Shown here: positions 35,812 to 43,623 of the stretch, piece after piece | Position numbering within the stretch: the stretch's first letter is position 1 | How the letters are laid out: every line of letters begins with the position of its first letter | Virus record (IMG/VR): IMGVR_UViG_3300032272_000008 | Coordinates: 1-64,000 of that record | DNA: 64,000 nucleotides | Strand: one strand, 5' to 3' | Origin: a virus | Lineage: Duplodnaviria; Caudoviricetes | Notes under the pieces: model-generated | Told to the model about the DNA's origin: nothing | Seen by the model: only the letters and a program-made list of their open reading frames with translations | Database searches by the model: none | Made by a program: the position numbers and the translations under genes

Positions 35812-35893
35812 TTAACCACGAAACAACGCGGGGCTTTCAATCTGTCCCGCGTCCTGTATATTGGACAAATCAGAAGCGACCAAAGGAAACACC

Positions 35894-36067
35894 ATGCAAC
35901 CCACCACTGGCCTGATTTACGTTGTAATCGCATTCGGCATTGCCGTTGTGCTCATGACAACGCCCGCGCCAGCACTTGGAAACAAGCCGCAACTAGGCGA
36001 CATGTGTTTCTATTATGACGAAGTAGCAGACGAAAAATATGTTGAGACCTGTGATTATTTTAACTAG
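35894..36067 (+). CDS. Small secreted/membrane protein (57 aa)
   Basis: AAAGGAAA RBS, own promoter, hydrophobic N-terminus. Confidence 0.6.
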   Translation: MQPTTGLIYVVIAFGIAVVLMTTPAPALGNKPQLGDMCFYYDEVADEKYVETCDYFN

Positions 36068-36075
36068 GCCTTAAC
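36060..36075. promoter_or_regulatory. CtrA box TTAA-N7-TTAAC
   Basis: TTAActaggccTTAAC upstream of gene 36129. Confidence 0.7.
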
Positions 36076-36128
36076 ACTTCTCAGCCAAAATACCCCTATC
36101 GACCAACCAACCCAAAGGAATCAAACAA

Positions 36129-36482
36129 ATGTCAATCGCAACCATCATCCGTGACACGATCCAAAACACAAACGGCAAATTCGTTTCTATCAGCTTTGTA
36201 AAGAAAGACGGCTCAATCCGCACGCTGACACATCGCGAAAATATGCTGAATAAATACGTGAAACAGGATGCAGAAAGTCAAGCCAAAGCAGCGGCTCGAC
36301 GCGCAAACAACCCGCACTTGATTACAGTCATCGACATGCACGCGCATGCAAAATTGCCAGAAGATCAAAAAGCCCGCGCGATTCGTTCAATCGACGTTAA
36401 CCGTGTATTCGAAATTAAGGCGAACGGTCGCACAATTCCATTCGGGCGTGTTGTCTCTCACGTTGTGCCCTTGGGTCAATAG
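36129..36482 (+). CDS. SH3-fold (DUF2693/WYL_2-like) protein
   Basis: FVSISFVKKDGSIRTL ... IRSIDVNRV. Confidence 0.6.
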   Translation: MSIATIIRDTIQNTNGKFVSISFVKKDGSIRTLTHRENMLNKYVKQDAESQAKAAARRANNPHLITVIDMHAHAKLPEDQKARAIRSIDVNRVFEIKANGRTIPFGRVVSHVVPLGQ

Positions 36483-36613
36483 TGCCAGCATATCGCGGCA
36501 AGGTTCGGATATCCAAAGCTGAATACTTTGCCAAAGGAGCGTGGCGCAACTCGAATTTGTGCCGCGCTCAGTCCAACAACGGCGCATGGCGCTATTACCT
36601 GATAACGGATTGA
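36482..36613 (+). CDS. Small hypothetical protein (43 aa), not in ORF track
   Basis: GTG overlapping the upstream stop; MPAYRGKVRISKAEYFAKGAWRNSNL... Confidence 0.45.
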   Translation: MPAYRGKVRISKAEYFAKGAWRNSNLCRAQSNNGAWRYYLITD

Positions 36614-36619
36614 ACCAAA

Positions 36620-36928
36620 ATGACACAACCTGACATCCATGTACTTGCAACTAATGAAGATCACACCATCCTGACACACGTTCGGCTATCGTCTGCCGAA
36701 ATCGGTTCGCTTTTTTGGGAAATATTCGAAAGTGACGTGGAAAGCGAAATCTCTTATTGGGACGAAGAGGATTGCGTGTTCGATATGCAACTCGACACTG
36801 AGGCCTTGCGCTTTGGGGCTTATGATCCGGAACAAATCCAGGAAATTTTAGAAGGGCAGACAATGTGCTTATTCGATGGTTTTGAGTACAGTTACACCGT
36901 GCACCGCTTTATCGATGGCGAGGAATGA
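36620..36928 (+). CDS. Acidic hypothetical protein (102 aa)
   Basis: Open frame in operon. Confidence 0.55.
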   Translation: MTQPDIHVLATNEDHTILTHVRLSSAEIGSLFWEIFESDVESEISYWDEEDCVFDMQLDTEALRFGAYDPEQIQEILEGQTMCLFDGFEYSYTVHRFIDGEE

Positions 36929-37065
36929 CCATGTGCAGATTTTGGCATAGGCTTTTAGTCCGGATTAACTATGCGCTTGTTAAAGGCTCGACAATCGAAC
37001 GCGAGAGGCGTAATTTACAAATCAGAACAGAGCGCAGCTGGTTTTGACCAAAGGAAAACAACCCC

Positions 37066-37386
37066 ATGACACCTAAACAATTCACCGCATACGTGATCGC
37101 CGGACTAGTTGGCGGCGTTGTGTTCTCACACATGAGCACGCCTAGTGCGCCCACCGTAGCGCAACAAGATGCAATTTACTTCAAAGCGGATTATATCGGA
37201 AAATTCGCAGGGCAATCATGTTCTGAGCTGGTACATGCGGCGTACACTTATGAAAGCAGACTAAAAGAGACACTTAAAATGCCAAAGAACACGGCATTTG
37301 AGATCAAGGCACAAAGCAGAGGCTTGAACCGTTTAGAAGCATATCGCGAGGCATGGACGCGGGTTTATAAGGAAAAAAACTGCTAG
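37066..37386 (+). CDS. Hypothetical protein with N-terminal signal/TM
   Basis: AAAGGAAAA RBS; TCGACA-N17-TAATTT promoter at 36988-37016. Confidence 0.65.
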   Translation: MTPKQFTAYVIAGLVGGVVFSHMSTPSAPTVAQQDAIYFKADYIGKFAGQSCSELVHAAYTYESRLKETLKMPKNTAFEIKAQSRGLNRLEAYREAWTRVYKEKNC

Positions 37387-37389
37387 GCG

Positions 37390-37404
37390 TTAACTTGATT
37401 TTAA
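37390..37404. promoter_or_regulatory. CtrA box overlapping a -35 element
   Basis: gTTAActtgattTTAA (TTAA-N7-TTAAC on the minus strand). Confidence 0.7.
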
Positions 37405-37470
37405 GGCGCGTCCGGTAGATTAGTCTTATCGGAAGGGCAATCAAGCCCGACACTCAAAAGGAAAACGACC

Positions 37471-37638
37471 ATGTACCACAATTCAGCAATCCGCCCAATC
37501 GCTTCAATCATCAAATCCTCAGAAGTAGATGCAACTTTGTGGATGGCCAAAGCTGACCGCGTTGCTCCTGCAACCCCGGCAAAGCCTGCAAAGCCTTCAG
37601 CCAAAAACGCTATTGGCCGCACGTTCGGCAAGCGCTAA
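37471..37638 (+). CDS. Small basic protein (55 aa), not in ORF track
   Basis: AAAGGAAAA RBS; PAKPAKP repeat. Confidence 0.55.
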   Translation: MYHNSAIRPIASIIKSSEVDATLWMAKADRVAPATPAKPAKPSAKNAIGRTFGKR

Positions 37639-37681
37639 TGTCACCAGTCATAAGCCTCAATCTACCAAAGGAAACACGACC

Positions 37682-37831
37682 ATGTACGGCAAAAAACCCC
37701 GCAATAAGAGTAAAAAAGCCGCCATTCGCACGGCACGCCAGAACAAGGCGAAAAACCGGGCTTTCGAATTTGCTCAAATGGCTGATTTTGTCCAATTTTC
37801 TAAGCCTGCCAAGAAAGGTGGCAAAGCATGA
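37682..37831 (+). CDS. Small Lys/Arg-rich protein (49 aa)
   Basis: AAAGGAAA RBS; MYGKKPRNKSKKAAIRTARQNK... Confidence 0.55.
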   Translation: MYGKKPRNKSKKAAIRTARQNKAKNRAFEFAQMADFVQFSKPAKKGGKA

Positions 37832-38241
37832 CCGCGCAAAATGAATTTGTCGACGCTTTCATTCAAGCTGCATTGTGGTCGAGCACGTATGAACATGACG
37901 ACTGCAACGACTGCATCGAAGGTATGTGCAACCCAAGCTGCGATGATGGCAACTACGAGCTTTCCAGCGATGCAGCTGCAACTCTGGCGCGCTTTGCGGT
38001 CCTATTTTTCCAACGCCATCAATTCACCATTGCAAAGGCTGTAACCGGCAGTAATGAATTTTCAAATGCCGCCCAAGCTGGCCATGATTATTGGCTGACC
38101 GGGCAAGGGCACGGCGCGGGCTTTTGGGATGGCGATTGGAACAAAAAAGCGGCTGACATCTTGGACGCGGCAAGCAAAAATGCGCCATTTGAGCATATGC
38201 ATTTCTATGTAGGTGCAACTCAGGAATTGGAAATAGGATGA
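37828..38241 (+). CDS. Phage protein with GHDxWLT..GHGAGFWD motif
   Basis: ALWSS and AGHDYWLTGQGHGAGFWDGDW; function unknown. Confidence 0.7.
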   Translation: MTAQNEFVDAFIQAALWSSTYEHDDCNDCIEGMCNPSCDDGNYELSSDAAATLARFAVLFFQRHQFTIAKAVTGSNEFSNAAQAGHDYWLTGQGHGAGFWDGDWNKKAADILDAASKNAPFEHMHFYVGATQELEIG

Positions 38242-38585
38242 AAATCACAACGTGCATAAGCAACCTGGGCGACCGAGAAATCGTTAACTTCGATTGCAGA
38301 ATTGCCGCTTATTCGGCGCTCTATGATCGGATAATTGAACTTTGCCACGATACCGGCGCTTGGCCGAAGTGGTATGTGCAAGTCGGCCCTGACATGCTCA
38401 AGTCTGCTTTGCCTGCCCTTGCCGCCAAAGGCGTCTATATAGGCGTTGCAACGGTATCAGAAGAGGCCGCAGACATAGGCGGAATTGAGGGCGTATGGAA
38501 AGCTTTTGGCGAGCAACCGGAACTCATAATTGACATTTGTCAAATTCTCAATATCTCGGCGCATGATTTACGCCGGATTGAATAG
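38238..38585 (+). CDS. Hypothetical protein (115 aa)
   Basis: ATGA overlap; last gene of the + island. Confidence 0.55.
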   Translation: MKITTCISNLGDREIVNFDCRIAAYSALYDRIIELCHDTGAWPKWYVQVGPDMLKSALPALAAKGVYIGVATVSEEAADIGGIEGVWKAFGEQPELIIDICQILNISAHDLRRIE

Positions 38586-39413
38586 CGTACCAGAATGGCA
38601 CAAAGCCCCTGTAAATAGGGGCCTTGTTGCGCCTACATCTAGGGCGTCCCTCTCTGGGTTGCATATACAACACCGCACTATGCACTATAATGCATAAGCC
38701 CCCTATATAAGGGGCGTACACAGAGCACCCCCGCACACACTGGTGTATGTGCAACACCGTCCCGTGTTGTAACACCATCTAACACACCGTTCAACGTGTC
38801 CCATCTACCACACCGTGGCACACTGGCCACACCGGTGTACTGTGCATGTGCAATACGAATAATCTATTGTGTTCTCTCTCTGTTCTATGCGGTGTGTGCT
38901 GATCAACTCTGCTTGAGTTGTATATACAACTCATGTGGACGTGGTGTACCACACATGCCACACCGTACCACTATGGCCACACTGCACACAGTGCTGTATG
39001 TACAACACGAATGAAATGATTTGTTCTCTCTTTGTTCTAATGAAACAAAAGAATTATTTCTTTTCTTCTTTATAGTTAATGCATTGCGAATAAAGTTGTA
39101 GTTACACCGTACAATTTAGGCCACACAATAAACCATGCAAAATTGCGCGGGCAATAATCGTGCCATGTCTATGCGGTGTGTGTGGAACGGTGTAGATGCA
39201 TCCTTCATTATCCTTAACGGAAATTCTCGGGGACCCAAAGGTGTACATACCCCTGCCGCGCCCCCACGGCCCTCCTGGTGGGACTGGCAAATTTTCTGTG
39301 TACGCACAAAAAGTGTTACCAGGGACCCAATCAGACAATGTAAGGAACACTTACATGCAACACCGTCCCATAAAAAATTTTTTATACACCGTACACTGAT
39401 CATCATACATCAT

Positions 39414-39524
39414 TCATGACAACAGCACCATATTGATCAACCACACGCACAGAAGCGCAAAAATTCCCATAGGCGTCCACCCGAAGGCCGCGCCCGCTGC
39501 AAAACCCAACAGAATGATGATCAT
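39414..39524 (-). CDS. Tiny membrane peptide (36 aa)
   Basis: MIIILLGFAAGAAFGWTPMGIFALLCVWLINMVLLS. Confidence 0.4.
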   Translation of the reverse strand: MIIILLGFAAGAAFGWTPMGIFALLCVWLINMVLLS

Positions 39525-39529
39525 TTCAG

Positions 39530-39643
39530 TCACCAGCGACGTGTTAAAGCAAACATCGTCAGCCACAGCACAAACAGCGCCAAGACACCGCATCCAACAC
39601 CGAACATCGCACCCAACACGGCAGCCCACAACAGCACATCCAT
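39530..39643 (-). CDS. Tiny membrane peptide (37 aa), not in ORF track
   Basis: AAAGGAAAAGG RBS; MDVLLWAAVLGAMFGVGCGVLALFVLWLTMFALTRRW. Confidence 0.5.
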   Translation of the reverse strand: MDVLLWAAVLGAMFGVGCGVLALFVLWLTMFALTRRW

Positions 39644-39920
39644 ATCCTTTTCCTTTCACTTCTTTTCCATGCGCATATATATGCGCACACCGTACCACAG
39701 CACAATTCATCCTCACGATCCAAAAGCGAGCAAGCTTAATAACGGATCATGCGCGCCACGATACGGTGTGCTATCCAGACCCTTCGTGGCGGAAGGAACT
39801 GGAATTAGAATCTACAATCTACAATTCTACGGTGTGGATCACGAGGATCGAATCACTACGTGTCCACTCCGTAGTCACGTCACCAAGGTGGTGACATGAC
39901 AGACCCACCACCACAGCAGG

Positions 39921-40055
39921 TCATTTGTTCTTGTCTCCTGTATCCTGAAGTGAAGTCACACTACCATCACACCAGCGGACTTGGATATTCAATTGCCCAT
40001 TCTCGGTTAATAGAACCACCAAGAACAGGCACGCCAGGAACCCCGCCGCGTTCAT
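39921..40055 (-). CDS. Small membrane peptide (44 aa), not in ORF track
   Basis: MNAAGFLACLFLVVLL...; start overlaps the upstream stop. Confidence 0.4.
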   Translation of the reverse strand: MNAAGFLACLFLVVLLTENGQLNIQVRWCDGSVTSLQDTGDKNK

Positions 40056-40237
40056 TTTCCCACCTGTCGCTTCGGCACCGACACCGTAATGGACACACTC
40101 TCAAACGTTCCCTCTCCACGTTCAGCACGCTCGACCATCGCATCCACCATCGAATGCAGTCGCTCACGCAACGTATCAGCATCGTTGTACGTTCCGCCGC
40201 CAGAGGAGCCATTACTCCATACGTATCCCATATTCAT
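40052..40237 (-). CDS. Hypothetical protein (61 aa)
   Basis: GAAAGGG RBS. Confidence 0.55.
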   Translation of the reverse strand: MNMGYVWSNGSSGGGTYNDADTLRERLHSMVDAMVERAERGEGTFESVSITVSVPKRQVGK

Positions 40238-40280
40238 CGCGTCATACCCTTTCTCAGTTAGCCAAACATCCCATACTCAG

Positions 40281-40595
40281 TTAGCCAAACATCCCATAAA
40301 CCAGAACCACCATCACGGCCATGCCCAGACGGAGCAACATGTGCGCCCGTCCTATTCGATCATGCTCTTCCAGGTCCCAGGCGATCGGCGCGAACCATCG
40401 GTCCTTCTTCATCTGTTCATAGCTTGAGACAGATCGCTCCATACCGCAGTGACACCGCCCCGCGACCCGACGCTGTTCCCGATCGAGTCCATCATAGCTA
40501 AACAGAACAGCAGAGCACATAAAGGGCCGATCGCCCGAGCTATGAGGAATGCCAGGATAACGCGCACGTGCTGCATTGCAGGATAATCTTTCCAT
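40281..40595 (-). CDS. Hypothetical protein with Cys motif and C-terminal TM
   Basis: TGATG coupling with the upstream gene; C..CHCG. Confidence 0.55.
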   Translation of the reverse strand: MERLSCNAARARYPGIPHSSGDRPFMCSAVLFSYDGLDREQRRVAGRCHCGMERSVSSYEQMKKDRWFAPIAWDLEEHDRIGRAHMLLRLGMAVMVVLVYGMFG

Positions 40596-40966
40596 CACGC
40601 GCCCCAGCAACTCAAAGGGTCCAAACAATCAACCTTGACGCGTGCCGCAACCAGTTGAATGTGCGCCGTCGGCACAGAGTTCATGTCGTGGCCGCACGCT
40701 GTCAGCGCTTCGCGGATCGCTGTTTCCAACGGCGTCAGATCTTCGGCAGGAATCAACTCGACCCGGATACCGTTCTTTTCACCCTCGCGGTGTTCACCGT
40801 ACTTGCCCACACGTTGTATGCCGCAGCCTTTCACAACCAAGTTCATGAACCCTTGGTCGGGCATATCTGCGAACGTGACGAACATGGACCCACCTGTAAT
40901 ATCTAACACCGTAGCAATGCCGTTCCAAAACTGGGCATGACGGGTTTTTTCATCTTCAGTAGCCAT
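40595..40966 (-). CDS. Hypothetical protein (123 aa)
   Basis: AAGGAG RBS. Confidence 0.6.
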   Translation of the reverse strand: MATEDEKTRHAQFWNGIATVLDITGGSMFVTFADMPDQGFMNLVVKGCGIQRVGKYGEHREGEKNGIRVELIPAEDLTPLETAIREALTACGHDMNSVPTAHIQLVAARVKVDCLDPLSCWGA

Positions 40967-41247
40967 CAGAGTTCTCCTTCCTTTTCACTACGCAACCGGA
41001 TCTCACGAGCCACCGTACGACACGCCAGTCGCTCACCGATCGAAGACAGCGGCTGATCCATCGCGTATTGAAAGGACAGAAACGTCTCCTGTTCCTTTTC
41101 CGCAACCAGCGCACATTGCTCGCGCTCGTCGTGGATGGCTGCCGTAATCAAGGACAGCACATCACGCGCTGGCACCACCATTACGTCATCCACTGCTACG
41201 CGGCGCATAAACTCAACCGCCAGCGTCTCCGCGCGCTTCTTATCCAT
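40966..41247 (-). CDS. Hypothetical protein with EREQCA motif
   Basis: AIHDEREQCALVAE...VAREIRLR. Confidence 0.6.
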   Translation of the reverse strand: MDKKRAETLAVEFMRRVAVDDVMVVPARDVLSLITAAIHDEREQCALVAEKEQETFLSFQYAMDQPLSSIGERLACRTVAREIRLRSEKEGEL

Positions 41248-41569
41248 TGAAAGCACCCTGTGTCTGGGCATCTATAGACCGCTTGCGGATCAAACCCGCG
41301 ATCGAAGCTGCCGCGAAGCATTCGCCGTCAGCCCGCATCGGATTGTTCCGCCGATGATCCATTTCATCGGATGTGGCGTGAACTGTGTCAGCAATCAGAG
41401 CGCATTGCTCACGTTCTGCATGCAGGGCCACGGCCACCAACTGCAAAACGGTCACAACGTCGATGAGGATAGGCTTGTCACCATTCTCCCCACCCGCCTG
41501 GATCAGCTCTTTAAGGATCTCCGACGCTTCATCGTGCGACATCCCCAGCGTTGTTTTTATGTCAGACAT
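41240..41569 (-). CDS. Hypothetical protein with EREQCA motif
   Basis: ALHAEREQCALIAD...IAGLIRKR; GAAAGGA RBS. Confidence 0.6.
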   Translation of the reverse strand: MSDIKTTLGMSHDEASEILKELIQAGGENGDKPILIDVVTVLQLVAVALHAEREQCALIADTVHATSDEMDHRRNNPMRADGECFAAASIAGLIRKRSIDAQTQGAFNG

Positions 41570-41593
41570 TTTCAAACTTCCTTTCATTTCATT

Positions 41594-41791
41594 TCAATCA
41601 GCGTCTGTAGGACCTTTTAGCGTGAGAATAGTTGAGCCGCAACGCTCATCCACACTCTTGGTTAAGACGCGAGAACCAAGCCCCACGCCTTCGCGGATCA
41701 CATCGCCAATCATGTAGTTTTTCTTGACCACTGTGTCCTGAGACGGCAGATAGCCATCGAACCACTGCAATGTGTATTTGACTGACATCAA
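41594..41791 (-). CDS. Hypothetical protein (65 aa)
   Basis: Coupled to the upstream gene. Confidence 0.5.
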   Translation of the reverse strand: MMSVKYTLQWFDGYLPSQDTVVKKNYMIGDVIREGVGLGSRVLTKSVDERCGSTILTLKGPTDAD

Positions 41792-42087
41792 CCGCGCTCC
41801 CGCTTGACACGCAGGTCCTGCTCAGAGCCAGTACGCGACAGGATAGCCTCCCGCGCCCGGTACGAACTGTCAGAGCGTCCAACGATCTTCGCACACTCAA
41901 GGCGTTCCTGCATGATGACCATCGTCACCAAATCGCGGATGGAGTCAGAGTCCTGTGCTGCGGCCAGCAAATCACAGATGTTCGACACCGTATCAGCTGT
42001 CAACGCATCTAGTAATTCGGGTACGTTGTGGCTATCCACAGCCTCCCTCAACTTATCCGTCCAGGCAAGATCAAGCGTAGTGCTCAT
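41788..42087 (-). CDS. Hypothetical protein with ERLECA motif
   Basis: IMQERLECAKIV...AREAILSR. Confidence 0.55.
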   Translation of the reverse strand: MSTTLDLAWTDKLREAVDSHNVPELLDALTADTVSNICDLLAAAQDSDSIRDLVTMVIMQERLECAKIVGRSDSSYRAREAILSRTGSEQDLRVKRERG

Positions 42088-42383
42088 TATTCGTCCTTTC
42101 GCTTTTTCAATGCATCCAATTCGTCGCGCAGCTCATCTCGATCATTTTTGAGATGCATTGCGACCTCGATCAGTGCCAGAAGGGATTTCCCGGCAACTGT
42201 AGGCACAAAACGGATGTCAGCCTTCGAAGTTCGCGTATGAACCTCTCTGACATAGCCATAATCCTGCATTTTCCGCAAGCGCATGACCATTTTCGGGTCT
42301 CGCGTGTCAAAAAACTTCCGACCCTCTGCAAAAATACGTGCCAAAACCTTCTCAGGCAGGTTTGCGCGGGATATTTTCGCCAT
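42087..42383 (-). CDS. Hypothetical protein, possible winged-helix
   Basis: LRKMQDYGYV...FVPTVAGKSLL pattern. Confidence 0.55.
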   Translation of the reverse strand: MAKISRANLPEKVLARIFAEGRKFFDTRDPKMVMRLRKMQDYGYVREVHTRTSKADIRFVPTVAGKSLLALIEVAMHLKNDRDELRDELDALKKRKDE

Positions 42384-42709
42384 CAGATCTTCGCTCCGTG
42401 ATTTCGAGCCTCTACAAGCAGCTCATCGATCGTGATTTCAAGCATTTCAGCCACATCATCGCCGGGGTAGCCCATATCCAAGGCCAAAAAGCAGATCGCG
42501 GTGTCGAGACCGTCAACATATTTCTTTCCACCCTGTGCCATCGTTGCTCGAACCTGATCCAGCTTGTCACAGAGCGCGGGATCAGCGAAAAAAGCGTACG
42601 CCGACAGAAGGTCGGGGCTTTTTGGGGGTATCGACGATGTGGGCAGGATCATCGGTGCTCCAACGCCCGGTAATAGTGCCTTCTTGATTTTTGGTGTTTC
42701 GTTTGCCAT
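42383..42709 (-). CDS. Hypothetical protein (108 aa), possible C-terminal HTH
   Basis: AAGGAG RBS; DDVAEMLEITIDELL. Confidence 0.55.
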   Translation of the reverse strand: MANETPKIKKALLPGVGAPMILPTSSIPPKSPDLLSAYAFFADPALCDKLDQVRATMAQGGKKYVDGLDTAICFLALDMGYPGDDVAEMLEITIDELLVEARNHGAKI

Positions 42710-42798
42710 GCAAACGTTCTCCTTTCGTTCTTTTCTTGTGTTCTTGTCCACTGACGGGGAACCTGTTGGTCCCCCGCCTGAAGATGTGAGCGTCAGTT

Positions 42799-43086
42799 CT
42801 ACGACCTTGGGGTGTAGTCCCAATTGTAGCGCTCTCGCCAGAGTTCGTCTTGTTGATTATGGATGTCATCAGGGTCTTCCTTCACAAAGTATGCCATGTG
42901 GTTCCCCTTCTGATCCTGTTGAATCATTTGGATGATCGAACCACCTTCTTGGTCGCGGGCATAGCCAGGATTGTGTTTCCCATCATCTGGATTCACCGTG
43001 AGGATGATCTCAGAGTTCAGAAGAAACTTGTCGGAGTTAAGTGCCTCACGGAGCTGTGTGGCGTTATGGGTCAGTTTGAGTAACAT
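42799..43086 (-). CDS. Hypothetical protein
   Basis: Open frame; an internal RBS before MAYFVKE suggests a shorter product. Confidence 0.4.
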   Translation of the reverse strand: MLLKLTHNATQLREALNSDKFLLNSEIILTVNPDDGKHNPGYARDQEGGSIIQMIQQDQKGNHMAYFVKEDPDDIHNQQDELWRERYNWDYTPRS

Positions 43087-43498
43087 TTTCTGTGTCTTTC
43101 ATTTGCATGTTGCGCTTCGGATGCAGTGTCGTAACCCGAATGATCAAATCAGGCAAGGACGGAGGTGATACATGGTAAACGGCTGCAATTTGTCCCCGGC
43201 CACTGACACAGAATAGCTGTGTGCGTCCTACACGCCTGTCGCGCAGCTTGAGCGAACCGTATGGCCCACCCACGCGTTTACAGTCGCTCTGCATGTCCAA
43301 GATGAGTGGCGGGTAGTATCTATATTCCGTCTTCATGGCGGTCTGCTGCGCTATTATAGAATACGCCAACTGTTGCTGGCCGTAATAAAGAGCACCCAGC
43401 GCAAGCAGCGCCAGAAAGGCCCCAGCGAACACCGCACAGTCCGAAGGTGTCTTCAAAAAACCCAGCCAGGACACAGGTCCTTGATCTTTATTATTCAT
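43064..43498 (-). CDS. Membrane-anchored hypothetical protein
   Basis: GGAGGGG RBS; TM at residues 22-40. Confidence 0.55.
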   Translation of the reverse strand: MNNKDQGPVSWLGFLKTPSDCAVFAGAFLALLALGALYYGQQQLAYSIIAQQTAMKTEYRYYPPLILDMQSDCKRVGGPYGSLKLRDRRVGRTQLFCVSGRGQIAAVYHVSPPSLPDLIIRVTTLHPKRNMQMKDTENVTQTDP

Positions 43499-43623
43499 TG
43501 TGATATTACCCCTCCATTGATTGTTGCGCATTCCGTTCGACAATCTCACAACCGTTGTTCGCCCACAACAAGCAGATAAAAACAGGGTTAAGAACGTCCT
43601 GACAATTAGGAGCATTCATACCC

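Larger units (their letters stand above)
38590..39840. repeat. Largely non-coding tract with 11 ACACCGT/ACGGTGT copies and alternating purine-pyrimidine runs
   Basis: Copies at 38754, 38784, 38810, 38960, 39104, 39187(rc), 39360, 39386, 39687, 39763(rc), 39829(rc). Confidence 0.75.

Noticed and set aside
38750-39840. CRISPR-like array
   Set aside because: The repeat unit is only 7 bp with irregular spacing; there are no 25-45 bp repeats with constant-length spacers. The Cas4-like gene at 8480 is a common phage nuclease.
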